Source: an uncultured Bacteroidales bacterium (lineage in GTDB: Bacteria > Bacteroidota > Bacteroidia > Bacteroidales > VadinHA17). From it: a DNA stretch of 64,000 nt. Below the pieces are notes generated by a model. It searched no databases. It worked only from the letters and a program-made list of their open reading frames with translations, and was not told where the DNA came from. This document shows positions 40,473 through 50,246 of this stretch, one piece after another. Positions within the stretch are counted from its first letter, which is position 1, and each line of letters opens with the position of its first letter. The position numbers and the translations under genes are program-made. The stretch is taken from the NCBI GenBank assembly GCA_963831935.1, contig CAWHSH010000001.1, positions 128,389 through 192,388 on the forward strand, given 5' to 3'.

Positions 40473-41054
40473 ATGAAAAAGATCCTTGCACTTTTTGCCC
40501 TGGTATTTCTGACAGGATTACCTTTTTTTGCCCAGCAAAATAAGACTGCTTTACTGCTTATTGATATTCAGAACTTTTATTTTCCGGGAGGAAGATCTGA
40601 ACTTGTCGAGCCGGTTAAAGCGGCAGAAAATGCTGCAAAGCTTCTTGCTGAATTCCGGAAGGAGGGCATGCCAGTGGTTCATGTAAGGCACAACTCTGAA
40701 CCCGGAGGAGAGATTCAGAATCTTGTGGAACCGATTTCCGGGGAAAAGGTCATATCAAAAAGTGCCGTAAATTGTTTTGTGGGAACTGATCTTCTTGATT
40801 ATTTAAGGTCGAAAGAGGTTGATACACTGGTTATTTGCGGAATGCAGACCCATATGTGCGTTGAGGCCGCAACACGGGCAGCAGCTGATTTTGGTTTCAA
40901 GTGTATTCTAATCGGTGATGCCTGTGCGACCAGGGATCTGAAGTATGGGGACAAGCTTATTAAAGCAGAGGATGTTCATTATTCAACCCTGAGCACTTTA
41001 AAGAGCTACGGAAGAATTGAAACAACAGTTGAATTTCTCAACAGTAGGAAATAA
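40473..41054 (+). CDS. Secreted isochorismatase-family cysteine hydrolase
   Basis: Signal peptide. ALLLIDIQN and VICGMQTHMCVE (catalytic Cys) blocks. Confidence 0.8.
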   Translation: MKKILALFALVFLTGLPFFAQQNKTALLLIDIQNFYFPGGRSELVEPVKAAENAAKLLAEFRKEGMPVVHVRHNSEPGGEIQNLVEPISGEKVISKSAVNCFVGTDLLDYLRSKEVDTLVICGMQTHMCVEAATRAAADFGFKCILIGDACATRDLKYGDKLIKAEDVHYSTLSTLKSYGRIETTVEFLNSRK

Positions 41055-41075
41055 TCATCCTCATGATTTATAAAA

Positions 41076-41138
41076 GGTTGCTGGTTGCTTGTTACTTGTT
41101 GCCTGTTAACCTGCAACTGCCGACCAGTAACCAGTAGC
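41076..41138. repeat. Palindromic TTGCTGGTT/CCAGTAACC repeat (family R3) between convergent genes
   Basis: ggttgctggttgcttgttacttgttgcc...gccgaccagtaaccagtagc. ORF 41085..41294 is just its translation. Confidence 0.75.
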
Positions 41139-41147
41139 ATGAGTTAT

Positions 41148-42266
41148 TTAGTAAAACTTCAGGCAGGCAGGTGCCTTAACAGCATACTGCTTTGGCGGTT
41201 CCTCCGGCAATCCTGTGGTTCTGCTTATCCTGAAAACGGCTATAGTGTCCGACTTCTGATTACCGACAAGGAGATTCCTTCCCGAAGGATCTAGAATAAA
41301 GTTCCTTGGCCAGTTTCCTCCGCAGTAAGTATGACCGGCAAGAGTCAGTAATCCGTTGCTTCCAATTTTGAAGGTCACGATACTATTTTCACCACGGTTT
41401 GAACCGTAAAGGAATTTCCCATCCTTCCCGATGTGAATATCGGCACAATAACTATTACCGGAAAATCCTTCCCTTAAGGTGGTCAATGTCTGAACAGGTG
41501 TCAATCCCTGATTTTCATCGACTTTAAATACAGTCAAAGTGGAACCAAGTTCATTTATGACATACAACATTGATCCGTCAGAATTAAAAACAAAATGACG
41601 TGGTCCGGATCCTTTTGGAAGAGAAGCAATACCATTTTCAAGCTGGGTAAGCCTGCCTGCTTTAATGTCAAAGTTGTACACGACCACCCTGTCAAGTCCC
41701 AGATCGGTCACATAAACATGGTTACCGGCAGGATCATGAAGGATCATATGCGCATGTGAGGCATCTGGCTCTTCTTTTACATATAATATTGTGTCTGTTA
41801 TGGTTTCGGGAATCCCGTTGCCATCAAGTCTTACCACGGCAACCGATCCGTTGGGATAATTTGCTACAAACAGATAACCGCTGTCAGCTGACATCGAAAT
41901 AAAACAAGGTCCTCCATATGGTACCCGGATTTCGTTAAGTTTTTCAAGCTGACTGGTTTCATCATTATACTTTAATGTTGTCAAACCTCCTCCGAATTCA
42001 CCCTTGAACTCCATGACTTCATTTAATACATAGAATAAGTTATTCTTTTTGGAGAAACAGAAGTAAGACGGATTTGGACCCACATCCGATTCTGAAACAA
42101 GCTTCATCCTGCCGTTACTGCTGTTGAAATCAAAAACCGAAATACCTTTTTCTCCTGCTTTCTGGGTAAATCCGCCTACGAAAAGTTTGTATTCTTTTTT
42201 ACAGGCAGTTAATGCAAAACCAACGCTGATTATAAAAAAAGCGATTTGCTTAAAATGTTTCTTCAT
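41148..42266 (-). CDS. Lactonase, 7-bladed beta-propeller lipoprotein (6-phosphogluconolactonase-like)
   Basis: Lipobox LTAC. Repeated blade pattern and a GSGPRHFVFNSDGSMLYVINELGSTLTVF block typical of the family. Confidence 0.8.
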   Translation of the reverse strand: MKKHFKQIAFFIISVGFALTACKKEYKLFVGGFTQKAGEKGISVFDFNSSNGRMKLVSESDVGPNPSYFCFSKKNNLFYVLNEVMEFKGEFGGGLTTLKYNDETSQLEKLNEIRVPYGGPCFISMSADSGYLFVANYPNGSVAVVRLDGNGIPETITDTILYVKEEPDASHAHMILHDPAGNHVYVTDLGLDRVVVYNFDIKAGRLTQLENGIASLPKGSGPRHFVFNSDGSMLYVINELGSTLTVFKVDENQGLTPVQTLTTLREGFSGNSYCADIHIGKDGKFLYGSNRGENSIVTFKIGSNGLLTLAGHTYCGGNWPRNFILDPSGRNLLVGNQKSDTIAVFRISRTTGLPEEPPKQYAVKAPACLKFY

Positions 42267-42294
42267 AGTGAGTTATATATCTTTTACATACATG

Positions 42295-42385
42295 TTTTTA
42301 ACCACAGAGAACACAGAGTTTTCTCGGAGTTTCACAGAATTCTTACTCCGTGTTTTCCTTCGTGCTACTCCGAGTTACTCAGTGG
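42295..42385. repeat. Family R2 repeat, inverted orientation
   Basis: tttttaaccacagagaacacagagttttctcggagtttcacagaa...ctccgtg...cgtgctactccgag. It overlaps the last codons of ORF 42365..42844. Confidence 0.7.
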
Positions 42386-43651
42386 TAAATTGCTTTTTTT
42401 TTCTAAAAACAACTTTTTATCCAGTTCATTCATTTTAAACCTGACACTCAGGATGTAGGGTTCTTTGTCTTTTTCCCAGTGTCCATATGTTGTTGCCACA
42501 AACGTCCCGTCAGGAAGAAGTTCAACACCCGGATAGCAGCAATCCCAACTAAGAATATTATCCTTAAATCTGATCCTGTATTGTCCGGGCTTACCTTTTA
42601 CAAGGTCTTTCCACGTGCCGACCCAACCCACCCAGTCACCTTCAGTCGGACTCCCCTGCCCTGTTTCTTTGGCAACCGTGCTTAAATTTATTTCATTCCG
42701 TGCTTTTGCCAGCTTGTCGAGGTCTGTTCTGAAATTTAAAGGACTGATATCCCTGAAAACAACAAGAAGCCGTCCGTCAGGAGTATATTTAATGACATGC
42801 CTGTCGCCGTTAAGCTCGTTGGGCAAGGTCGCGGATTGCTCCATGTTTCTCCTTCATCCTTTGAGAATATGATTTGTGAATTTTCTCTTCTTGCATTTTC
42901 CCTCAGAAGTACTGCAAGCGTTTTTCCGTTGGGAGATCTTATCAGCCCGGGTTCACAGAGATTCATATCCCTTCTGCCGAGTATCGCTTCCGGATTGGAC
43001 CAGGTCAGGCCACCGTCGTAAGAAAAAGTCTTGTAAAGAGTGAACAGCACCTCGTCATTCACTTTCCTGTCTTCATTATATTTTTCCTGTCCACCGGATG
43101 TCATAAACCGGAGGTCATCGTGAAACAAAGCCATATAATGTCCTTTCCCGCGTGTTAATGGCTGTGAGTGAAGCCATTACAACAACTCCTCCCCAGTCGC
43201 CAACCTTTTCCAGTTCACTCCAGGTAGCCCCGTCATCCTCAGAATGCGCAAGCCTGGCAGGATATAATCCTGAGAAAAGGATCAGATGTTTTTTACCCAG
43301 CGGATCAATAGTTCTGAAAATTGTGGGTACTTCCAGGGATGTCTTCCAGGTTTCAGGGGTGGCTAGCCGGCTGCTCCAGGTAAGTCCGCCGTCAGAGCTA
43401 CGCTTATAGACGATTTCACCCCTGCCATGTCCCTTCGGATAGACTATCAGGATTGTTTTGCCATCTTCAAGCAGAACAGTAGTCGGATGACCAAGGTACT
43501 GGCCATCTTCTCTGTCGACAATAACCTGGCGGGAGGTTTCATTGTTCAGGTCGATAATGGGGATTGAGAGATAGGGATTGGTGTTCTTCTCCTGCGAAAA
43601 AGTACAAACACCAATGAAAAGCAATAATTGCAGAAAAATAAGATTTTTCAT
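42365..43651 (-). pseudogene. BNR/Asp-box sialidase-like glycoside hydrolase; two frameshifts
   Basis: ORFs 43115..43651, 42736..43134 and 42365..42844 overlap in three frames. Together they carry four Asp-boxes: SSDGGLTWS, SEDDGATWS, SYDGGLTWS, SKDEGETWS. Signal peptide at the N-terminus. Confidence 0.7.
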
Positions 43652-43732
43652 TAATATATTGTTTTTGACCTCACTTTCATATCACTTCTAATTGTTCATT
43701 TTAGACCCGTCCCCAACTCATTAACTTTTTTA

Positions 43733-43868
43733 ATCCACCTCATCCCCTAACCCCTTCTCCCAGGAGAGAAGGGGAAATAGAAGAAATTCAGCATTTTTAG
43801 CCCCTCTCCCCTGGGAGAGGGGTTGGGGTGAGGTCGACACCCAGGGGAGGGATTTTGGGAGAGGTCAA
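43733..43868 (+). repeat. GC-rich double-hairpin repeat with a GGGGTGAGG tail (family R1)
   Basis: CCCCTTCTCC-caggagA-GAAGGGG ... CCCCTCTCCC-ctgg-GAGAGGGG-TTGGGGTGAGGTC. Relatives at 50058-50185, 55658-55785, 63224-63550 (inverted), 63961-64000 and, degenerate, 46402-46509. Confidence 0.8.
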
Positions 43869-43896
43869 ATAAAAAAGAGGCTGGTCTCACAGCCTC
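43869..43896 (-). terminator. Rho-independent terminator after the TIM-barrel isomerase gene
   Basis: GAGGCTG-gtctca-CAGCCTC hairpin, followed on the minus strand by a T-run. It lies 10 nt beyond the stop at 43906. Confidence 0.55.
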
Positions 43897-43905
43897 CTTA
43901 ATATT

Positions 43906-44851
43906 TTAAACCTCAAAGCTATCGCATTCACGATATGCCTGAATAACACGGGCTTCACCCTCCATCGTACCTCTTTTGCTTACTCCATGCTCCATGCAGA
44001 GAGTGCCATCATACTTTTTGTCGTAGAGGTACTTGAAAATGTTCTTAAAGTTAATTTCACCCGTTGTGGGTTCATTCCTGCCAGGGCTGTCTCCGAGATG
44101 AAAAGTCGCTATTTCGCTCCAGGCAGCTTCAATGTTGGGGATCAGATTGCCTTCGCTTATCTGCTGATGGTAAAGATCGTTTAAAATCTTGCATGAAGGC
44201 CTGTTCACCGCCCTGCAGATAGAGTATGCCTGCGGGATACCGGTAAGAAATAACCCTGGGTGATTAATATAATTATTCAATGGTTCAAGCACAATGGTTA
44301 ATCCCTTCAGGTTCCATAATATCACAGCAATACCTCAGGTTATCTATCGCATTTGCAGTCTGGTAATCCCTGTGGAGTTTGACATCATACCTTCCGAGAA
44401 CAACCAGTGCAAGTTTTGCTCCGGTTCTTTTTGCCACTTCAACACCCTCCTTCATATTGGCAATAAGCATATCACGGACTTCCTGATTGTTAAGGACAAA
44501 ATCCGTTTTTCCTGAATCAGCCCTGAGAACAAAAGGTCCCAGGTCCATGCCAAGGCGTTTCAGTTCATCAGTGATTTTCACCTGATCCTCAGCAGTCCGT
44601 CTCATAAGTCCGTTATCAAATACTGCGCGAAATCCCTGGTCATGGCAGAACTTGATGTTATCAATGGGATCCTGACCTGCATGCTGCCGGAACATACCCA
44701 GACCCGGAGCATACTTAAGCTTAAAAGGTGCAGCTGCATCAGCGGTTTTCTGCTGACCGGAGGTTTTTGCAGATCCCAAAATGGCAGGTGCTGCCAATAA
44801 TGCAGCACCTGTCGTTGCTTTCTTTATAAAATCTCTTCTTGAGCTATACAT
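43906..44851 (-). pseudogene. Tat-exported xylose-isomerase-like TIM-barrel protein (sugar phosphate isomerase/epimerase, hydroxypyruvate-isomerase-like); one frameshift near 44290-44325
   Basis: Tat signal SRRDFIKKATTGAALLAAPAIL. ORFs 44285..44851 and 43906..44325 overlap in different frames and together give ~315 aa of the AP-endonuclease-2/TIM fold, including a ...CMEHG... block. Confidence 0.75.
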
Positions 44852-44869
44852 AAAAGAAGATTATTAATT

Positions 44870-46273
44870 TTAATTTCTGGCAGCTTGTCTTTCGGCCCGT
44901 CTTTTAGCTTGTTCTGCTAATTGTTCCGGCGTCGGAGGAACGTAAGCTTCACCTGCAATTGGCACTGATTTGTCGATATCAACCGGGCCGAATACGAATA
45001 CTGTAGGACCGAGTTTGAGGTCGGAGTTCATCATTTCCTCGTATGTTGTTTCCTTGCCCGTATAAGCCGAGATACGACCCATAATACCGATCATCGTTGA
45101 AACAGCAGTATTTTCAAGTTCATTGAATGTTTTTCCCGTGCGGATAGCAGTTACCAGGTCAATATGTTCCTGAACATACGGATCGACGCTAACGCGGTCT
45201 GTGGGCTTGCCATCTTTGTCGAGAGGATATTGGTACTTCCATAATTCGGTTCCTGCAAGATCGAGAATTGCACTATGACAATCGGTTGAACCTTTAGCTC
45301 CCTGCAATCTTTCTGAAACATTATTCGCACATCCGTTTATCTGACGGCACATACTGTGAACATGCATCCCATTTTCAAATGAATAGTCAACGCTGAAATT
45401 ATCATACTGGTCGCCTGTAACACGACGGAGCCTTGAGCCAAAACCAACTGCTTTTACAGGATGCATACCGAAGAACCAGTTCATTACGTCAAGATTGTGA
45501 ACATGCTGCTCGACGATATGGTCGCCTGATAACCATGTCCAGTTAACCCAGTTGCGGATCATCCACTCCATTTCGCTCCATGACGGATCATTATCACGAT
45601 GCCACAGTTTACCTCCGTTCCACCAGACATTACCGCCGGTCAACTCACCAATCAGTCCCTGCTGAACCTGCTGCCAGTTGGCAACGTAGTCGCGTTGGTG
45701 ACGGCGCTGTGTGCCTGTTACAATACTCAGTCCCAGTCCTTCAGCCTTTTTAGCTGTTGCCATAACCGATCTGGCCCCTGTCGGATCAACACATACCGGC
45801 TTTTCAGCAAAAATATGCTTCTTTGCCTGAACTGCTGCAGCCAGATGCTCCGGACGAAAGAAAGGGGGAGTTGCCATAATGATTATGTCAACGCCGGAAT
45901 CTATAACTTTCTGATAAGCATCGAAACCGACAAAACAATTTTCGAGAGGGACTTCCTGATTTTTCTCTTTAAGAATTCTTTCTCTGCAATTATCAACGCG
46001 GTCCTTGAAGGTATCGCCTAAAGCAGTGATCTGAAGGCTGGGACCTGCGCTGAGGAAGTTAATTGCTGCCCCTGTTCCTCTTCCACCGCAACCGATCACG
46101 CCAGCTTTAAGTACGGGACCATCTGGTGCCTGATCAAGGAAAGAAGGAACGGCAACAACTTTTTTTGTTTCGCGAGAACAACTGGTAATAATCGTCGGCA
46201 CAACAACGCCAGCCACTCCCACGGTAGCAGCTTTGCCAAGAAAATTACGTCTTGAAATGTTTGATTTTTTCAT
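44870..46273 (-). CDS. Tat-exported Gfo/Idh/MocA-family oxidoreductase
   Basis: Tat signal SRRNFLGKAATVGVAG. Rossmann motif VIGCGGRGTGAA. 467 aa. Confidence 0.85.
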   Translation of the reverse strand: MKKSNISRRNFLGKAATVGVAGVVVPTIITSCSRETKKVVAVPSFLDQAPDGPVLKAGVIGCGGRGTGAAINFLSAGPSLQITALGDTFKDRVDNCRERILKEKNQEVPLENCFVGFDAYQKVIDSGVDIIIMATPPFFRPEHLAAAVQAKKHIFAEKPVCVDPTGARSVMATAKKAEGLGLSIVTGTQRRHQRDYVANWQQVQQGLIGELTGGNVWWNGGKLWHRDNDPSWSEMEWMIRNWVNWTWLSGDHIVEQHVHNLDVMNWFFGMHPVKAVGFGSRLRRVTGDQYDNFSVDYSFENGMHVHSMCRQINGCANNVSERLQGAKGSTDCHSAILDLAGTELWKYQYPLDKDGKPTDRVSVDPYVQEHIDLVTAIRTGKTFNELENTAVSTMIGIMGRISAYTGKETTYEEMMNSDLKLGPTVFVFGPVDIDKSVPIAGEAYVPPTPEQLAEQAKRRAERQAARN

Positions 46274-46401
46274 ATTAGATCAGATTTGATTATAAGAACT
46301 TAAATACCCGGTTTTCAAGCAAAAACAACATAATCAAATGTAAATATAGAGATTTTAATTACCAAAGATTCAAGAGGATTTAAAGTTTTTTAACATGAAT
46401 G

Positions 46402-46509
46402 TGCCTCTCCCCGAATTTAGCAGCCTTCCCCCAGTGTGGGAGGGGCTTAAATGCCAGATTTTAGAGTCCCCCGTCTCTCCCGGGAGAGGGGGATTTAGGG
46501 GGAGAGGCC
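46402..46509. repeat. GC-rich hairpin repeat, degenerate relative of family R1
   Basis: GCCTCTCCCC ... TCCCCCGTCTCTCCCGGGAGAGGGGGA ... GGGGAGAGGC with outer inverted repeats. ORF 46370..46558 is its translation. Confidence 0.65.
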
Positions 46510-46605
46510 GATTGTCTAAAGGAGGATAATAGGAGGTGAGGTAAAAACATTTATCCAAATTTGTAACTACATTTGTGAACCTGTCAGGTCATTTAAAAGT
46601 ATCCC

Positions 46606-48097
46606 GTGAAACTGTTTTTAAAAAGCAATTTCAAAATAGTCTTCCTCTTCATGATTGTCACACTTTGCAGCTGCAATCACAGGCCGCATGGTACAATTAC
46701 CGAAACCGGAACACTTCCGGTCATTGATCCTGACTATACAGGAGTGACAATCCCATATAATATCGCTCCACTGAATTTTAAAATACCGGACAAAGGATCT
46801 GCTTACTTTGCCAGAATTTCAGGCGGATCAAGAAACTTCAATGGAGATCGGGAGTAAAGACGGCATAATAAAGATCCCTGAAAAGAAATGGAAAAGGATG
46901 CTGGCAGAAAACAAGGGCAGTACTTTCAGTATTGATATCTATGCAAAAAATTCAAAAGGAGAATGGTCGAAATATAAGACAGTTACAAATAAAATTGCTT
47001 CCGATCCGGTTGATCCTTACATAACATACCGTTTACTTGTATCCGGGCTACGAAAGCTGGGAAGAAATAATTATCAAACAGCGGGATCTGGAAAGCTTCC
47101 ATGAGAGGTCAATAATTGAAAACAGCCTGGTTGAGCAGAACTGTATTAACTGTCATTCCTATAACAACAACGGAGGTCACCGGTAGATTTTCTTTTTCAT
47201 ATGAGAGGCAGCCTTGGAGGCACCTATTTTTATACCGGAGGAGATTTTAAAAAAGTCAATCTGAAAACTAAAGAGATGAAAAATGGCGCTGTTTATCCCC
47301 GCTGGCATCCTTCAGGAAAATTTGTTGCTTTCTCATCCAATAAAATAGTACAGCAATTCCATTCAGCACTGAACAAAAAGGTCGAAGTAAGCGACCTTGA
47401 GTCATCCCTGGTTCTTTATGACGTTGACAAGAAACGAAATAATGGATGTTGATCTTGCTGATAAGGAGAAATTACATGGATACCTACCCTGAATGGTCAC
47501 CGGATGGACTATATCTGTACTTCTGCAGGGCTCCGAAGGTCGGGGAAGTGTTCGAATACGATCAGGTCCGTTATGACCTTTACCGGGTTTCGTTTAATCC
47601 ATCAACCCGTAAATTCGGGGATGCAGAACTGATCTTTAATGCTTCAGCACTTAATAAAAGCGTTTCCTTCCCAAGAATTTCGCCAAACGGAAAATTTCTG
47701 GTTCTCACATTGCATGACTACGGTTGTTTCCCGATCTGGCATAAGGAAGCAGATCTCTACTCAATCGATCTGAAAACCATGCAACCCTCGATCAATGGAT
47801 CTGAACAGCGATTACACCGACAGCTATCATTCATGGTCATCAAACAGCAGGTGGCTTGTCTTCAGCAGTAAACGGATTGACGGACTTACTGCCAGACTCT
47901 TCATTTCATATATTGAGGACAACGGATCTTCAGCAAAACCGTTCATCCTTCCGCAAAAAGATCCGGAGTTTTACCAGAGATATCTTAAGAGCTTCAATCT
48001 GCCTGAATTCTCCACCCTTAAGGTAAGCGTACCTCCCGGTAAGATAAGGAAACGGGCAAAAGGAGAAGCATTGCAGGCTAAATGGATTGTAAACTAA
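46606..48097 (+). pseudogene. TolB-like (PD40) beta-propeller lipoprotein with a CxxCH haem motif; about six frame changes
   Basis: Lipobox LCSC. CINCH at 47142-47156. Four PD40-type blades spread over frames: YPRWHPSGKFVAFSSNK, YPEWSPDGLYLYFCRA, FPRISPNGKFLVLTLHD, YHSWSSNSRWLVFSSKR. Frame order by my tracking is 1,2,0,2,0,1,2. Confidence 0.6.
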
Positions 48098-48120
48098 TAT
48101 GTGAAGAAACTAACTAAATA

Positions 48121-48195
48121 TGTTGCTGGTTGCTGGTTACTTGTTGCTGGTTACTGGGTAATATTAACAAGCAACTGGCAACAAGCAACCAGTAA
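48121..48195. repeat. Palindromic family R3 repeat
   Basis: tgttgctggttgctggttacttgttgctggttactgg-gtaatattaa-caagcaactggcaacaagcaaccagtaac. ORF 48101..48322 begins as its translation (LLVAGYWVIL). Confidence 0.8.
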
Positions 48196-48215
48196 CATTC
48201 AATCAAAAGTCAAGC

Positions 48216-49985
48216 GTGAATCAGAACAAAAAAATAAATATCACAGTACAGTCATTTTCTGCCATATCTTTTTTTCTTTACAGGTTCTGGATTATTTTTT
48301 GGCCTGTTTGCCAGTTACATAGAATTCCACCAGGAGAAATTATCCCTCTTTGTTTTTTCAGGCGACTATCTTATCGATTATCTGAACCAGCCGGGAGCAT
48401 CTCTTGTATACCTCGGTAAATTCCTTACGACATTTTATTATTATCCTTTTGCAGGAGCAATAATCATCTCAGCAATAATCTGTTTGATTATTTTATGTCA
48501 TTTCAAGGATCATCAGATATTTGTCGGGCAAAGGAATCAGTACTTATTCCCGTTATTTTCGGAGTTGCGATATTCTTACTTCAGACCAATTACCAATATT
48601 TGCTTTACAACAGCCTTGGATTGCTCCTTCAACTGACTTTGTTCTATCTTTCAATAAGATATATAAAAGGATTGATCCCGGTTATCATTTTCCCGTTCTG
48701 GTATTATCTCACCGGCGGGTTTGCATGGATCTTCGGACTTATGTATACTGTTTATCTCCTGAAGGAACGATCGGAAAAAGTATGGATAAAAATTTTAACA
48801 TTATGGGGTATAAGTTTAGTGTTTATTTTCTGCTTAAGCAGTACTTCCTTTTTCAACCCACATCGGCATTGTTCCTTTTTCCCTTATCAAATGAAGATTC
48901 CGGATCACAATTCACTATTTTTATTCCTGTTATATCCCTGATAATTCTTGCTTCCCCTGATTGCTAAAATTAACCTCAGGTTTCTTTCAAAGTTAAAAGC
49001 CGCGGATCGCTTAAGAAGTGTAACACCTACACTTATTACACTGATCGTGATCTCCGTAATAGCCATTACCCGGTATGACAGGAATTTCAGAGATTATTTT
49101 AATGTGGAGAAGCTATTCTACGAGGAAAGGTTTGGCGAACTGTTGATTTTAACAGGAAGCATCCGACTACCAACAGGCTTACAATCTTCCTGAACAATAT
49201 TGCTCTCTGTGAAACAGGAAAACTTAACGATCAGCTTTTTTATTACCCGCAGAGTCCCGATGGTACAGTCGCTGTTTCTGAAGTGGGAAATGTTTGGGGA
49301 GGTCCTGAGACGCGGAGGCTATTTTTATTATACCACAGGAATGATCAATGAGGCACACCGATGGGCATACGAAAATATGATTATGAAGGGACTAACCCCT
49401 GAAGGTTTGAAAATGCTTATAAAAACCGAATTGATCAACGGCAATTACAATGTAGCCTCCAAATATATTTCTGTCCTTAAGAAGTCACTTTTCTACAGGA
49501 ATGACGCCGAAGCATATGAAAGGCTGCTCTTCGACGATGATGCAGTCGGTGCGCAACCTGAGCTTGGAGCAAAGCGAAAAGAAAAGATTGAGCATGATTT
49601 TTTTTCAATCACTGAAGATCCTTATATCAATATCGAAAGAGTGCTTGCATTCGATTCACTTAACGTGAAGGCCTTTGAGTACAAGATGGCTTACCTTATG
49701 CTTATCAAAGACTATAAAGGAATTGCATCGGGACTTACAAAGCTGGAAAGTTTCGGATTTAAGAAAATTCCCGTCCATCTTGAGGAGGCAGCCATGGTCT
49801 ACAGAATATCAAATCTGGGCCCGATGCCTTACCTGGGAAACCTGAGGATCGATCCGCAGATTGAGGCAAGATTTAAGCAATTCCTGCAGACTTTTCAGGC
49901 ATACGGGAACAATTTAAAGACAGCGCAGCCTTTCCTGAAGCAGAAATTCGGGAATACGTTCTGGTATTATGCGTTCTATCATTAA
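48216..49985 (+). pseudogene. Multi-pass membrane protein with a C-terminal helical-repeat domain (DUF6057-like); at least four frame changes
   Basis: Pieces lie in several frames: ...LSLFVFSGDYLIDYLNQPGASLVYLGKFLTTFYYYPFAGAII..., TM-rich ORFs 48495..48941 and 48948..49193, then ORF 49200..49985 (…YYTTGMINEAHRWAYENMIMKGLTPEGLKMLIKTELINGNYNVASKYISVLKKSLFY…). The family name is from memory only. Confidence 0.5.
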
Positions 49986-50216
49986 ACCCTCTGTGACCCT
50001 TTGTGTCTCCTCTGTGGATCTCAGTGAAACAAATAACGAACTTACACAGAGTTAAAAAGACCTCATCCCCCGACCCCTTCTCCCGAAGTGAGAAGGGGAG
50101 TATTAAATTGATAATCAGGATTTAAGCCCCTCTCCCTTGGGAGAGGGGTTGGGGTGAGGTCGATTCGCTTAAGGGGTTGGGGGGCAAAAAAAGCCGGCCT
50201 TCTGAGACCGGCTTTC
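49986..50216 (+). repeat. Composite ~230-bp repeat (R2 module, R1 module, terminator hairpin) downstream of a SusD gene
   Basis: It aligns end to end with 55582-55818. The central part CTCATCCCCCG.CCCCTTCTCCCGAAGTGAGAAGGGGAGTATTAAATTGATAATCAG.ATTTAAGCCCCTCTCCC is nearly identical in both copies. Confidence 0.85.
50186..50214 (-). terminator. Rho-independent terminator after SusD-1
   Basis: AAGCCGG-ccttctgaga-CCGGCTT hairpin with a T-run on the minus strand. It lies 33 nt beyond the stop at 50247. Confidence 0.6.
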
Positions 50217-50246
50217 ACTATTATTAATTACCAAACCTCCGGGAGT

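Noticed and set aside
46370-46558. Short ORFs 46370..46558, 41085..41294, 48101..48322, 61085..61438 and 42246..42458 were considered as possible small genes.
   Set aside because: Each is the conceptual translation of an intergenic repeat (R1, R3, R3, R3/R4 and R2 respectively). The 'protein' sequences are just the repeat read in one frame.
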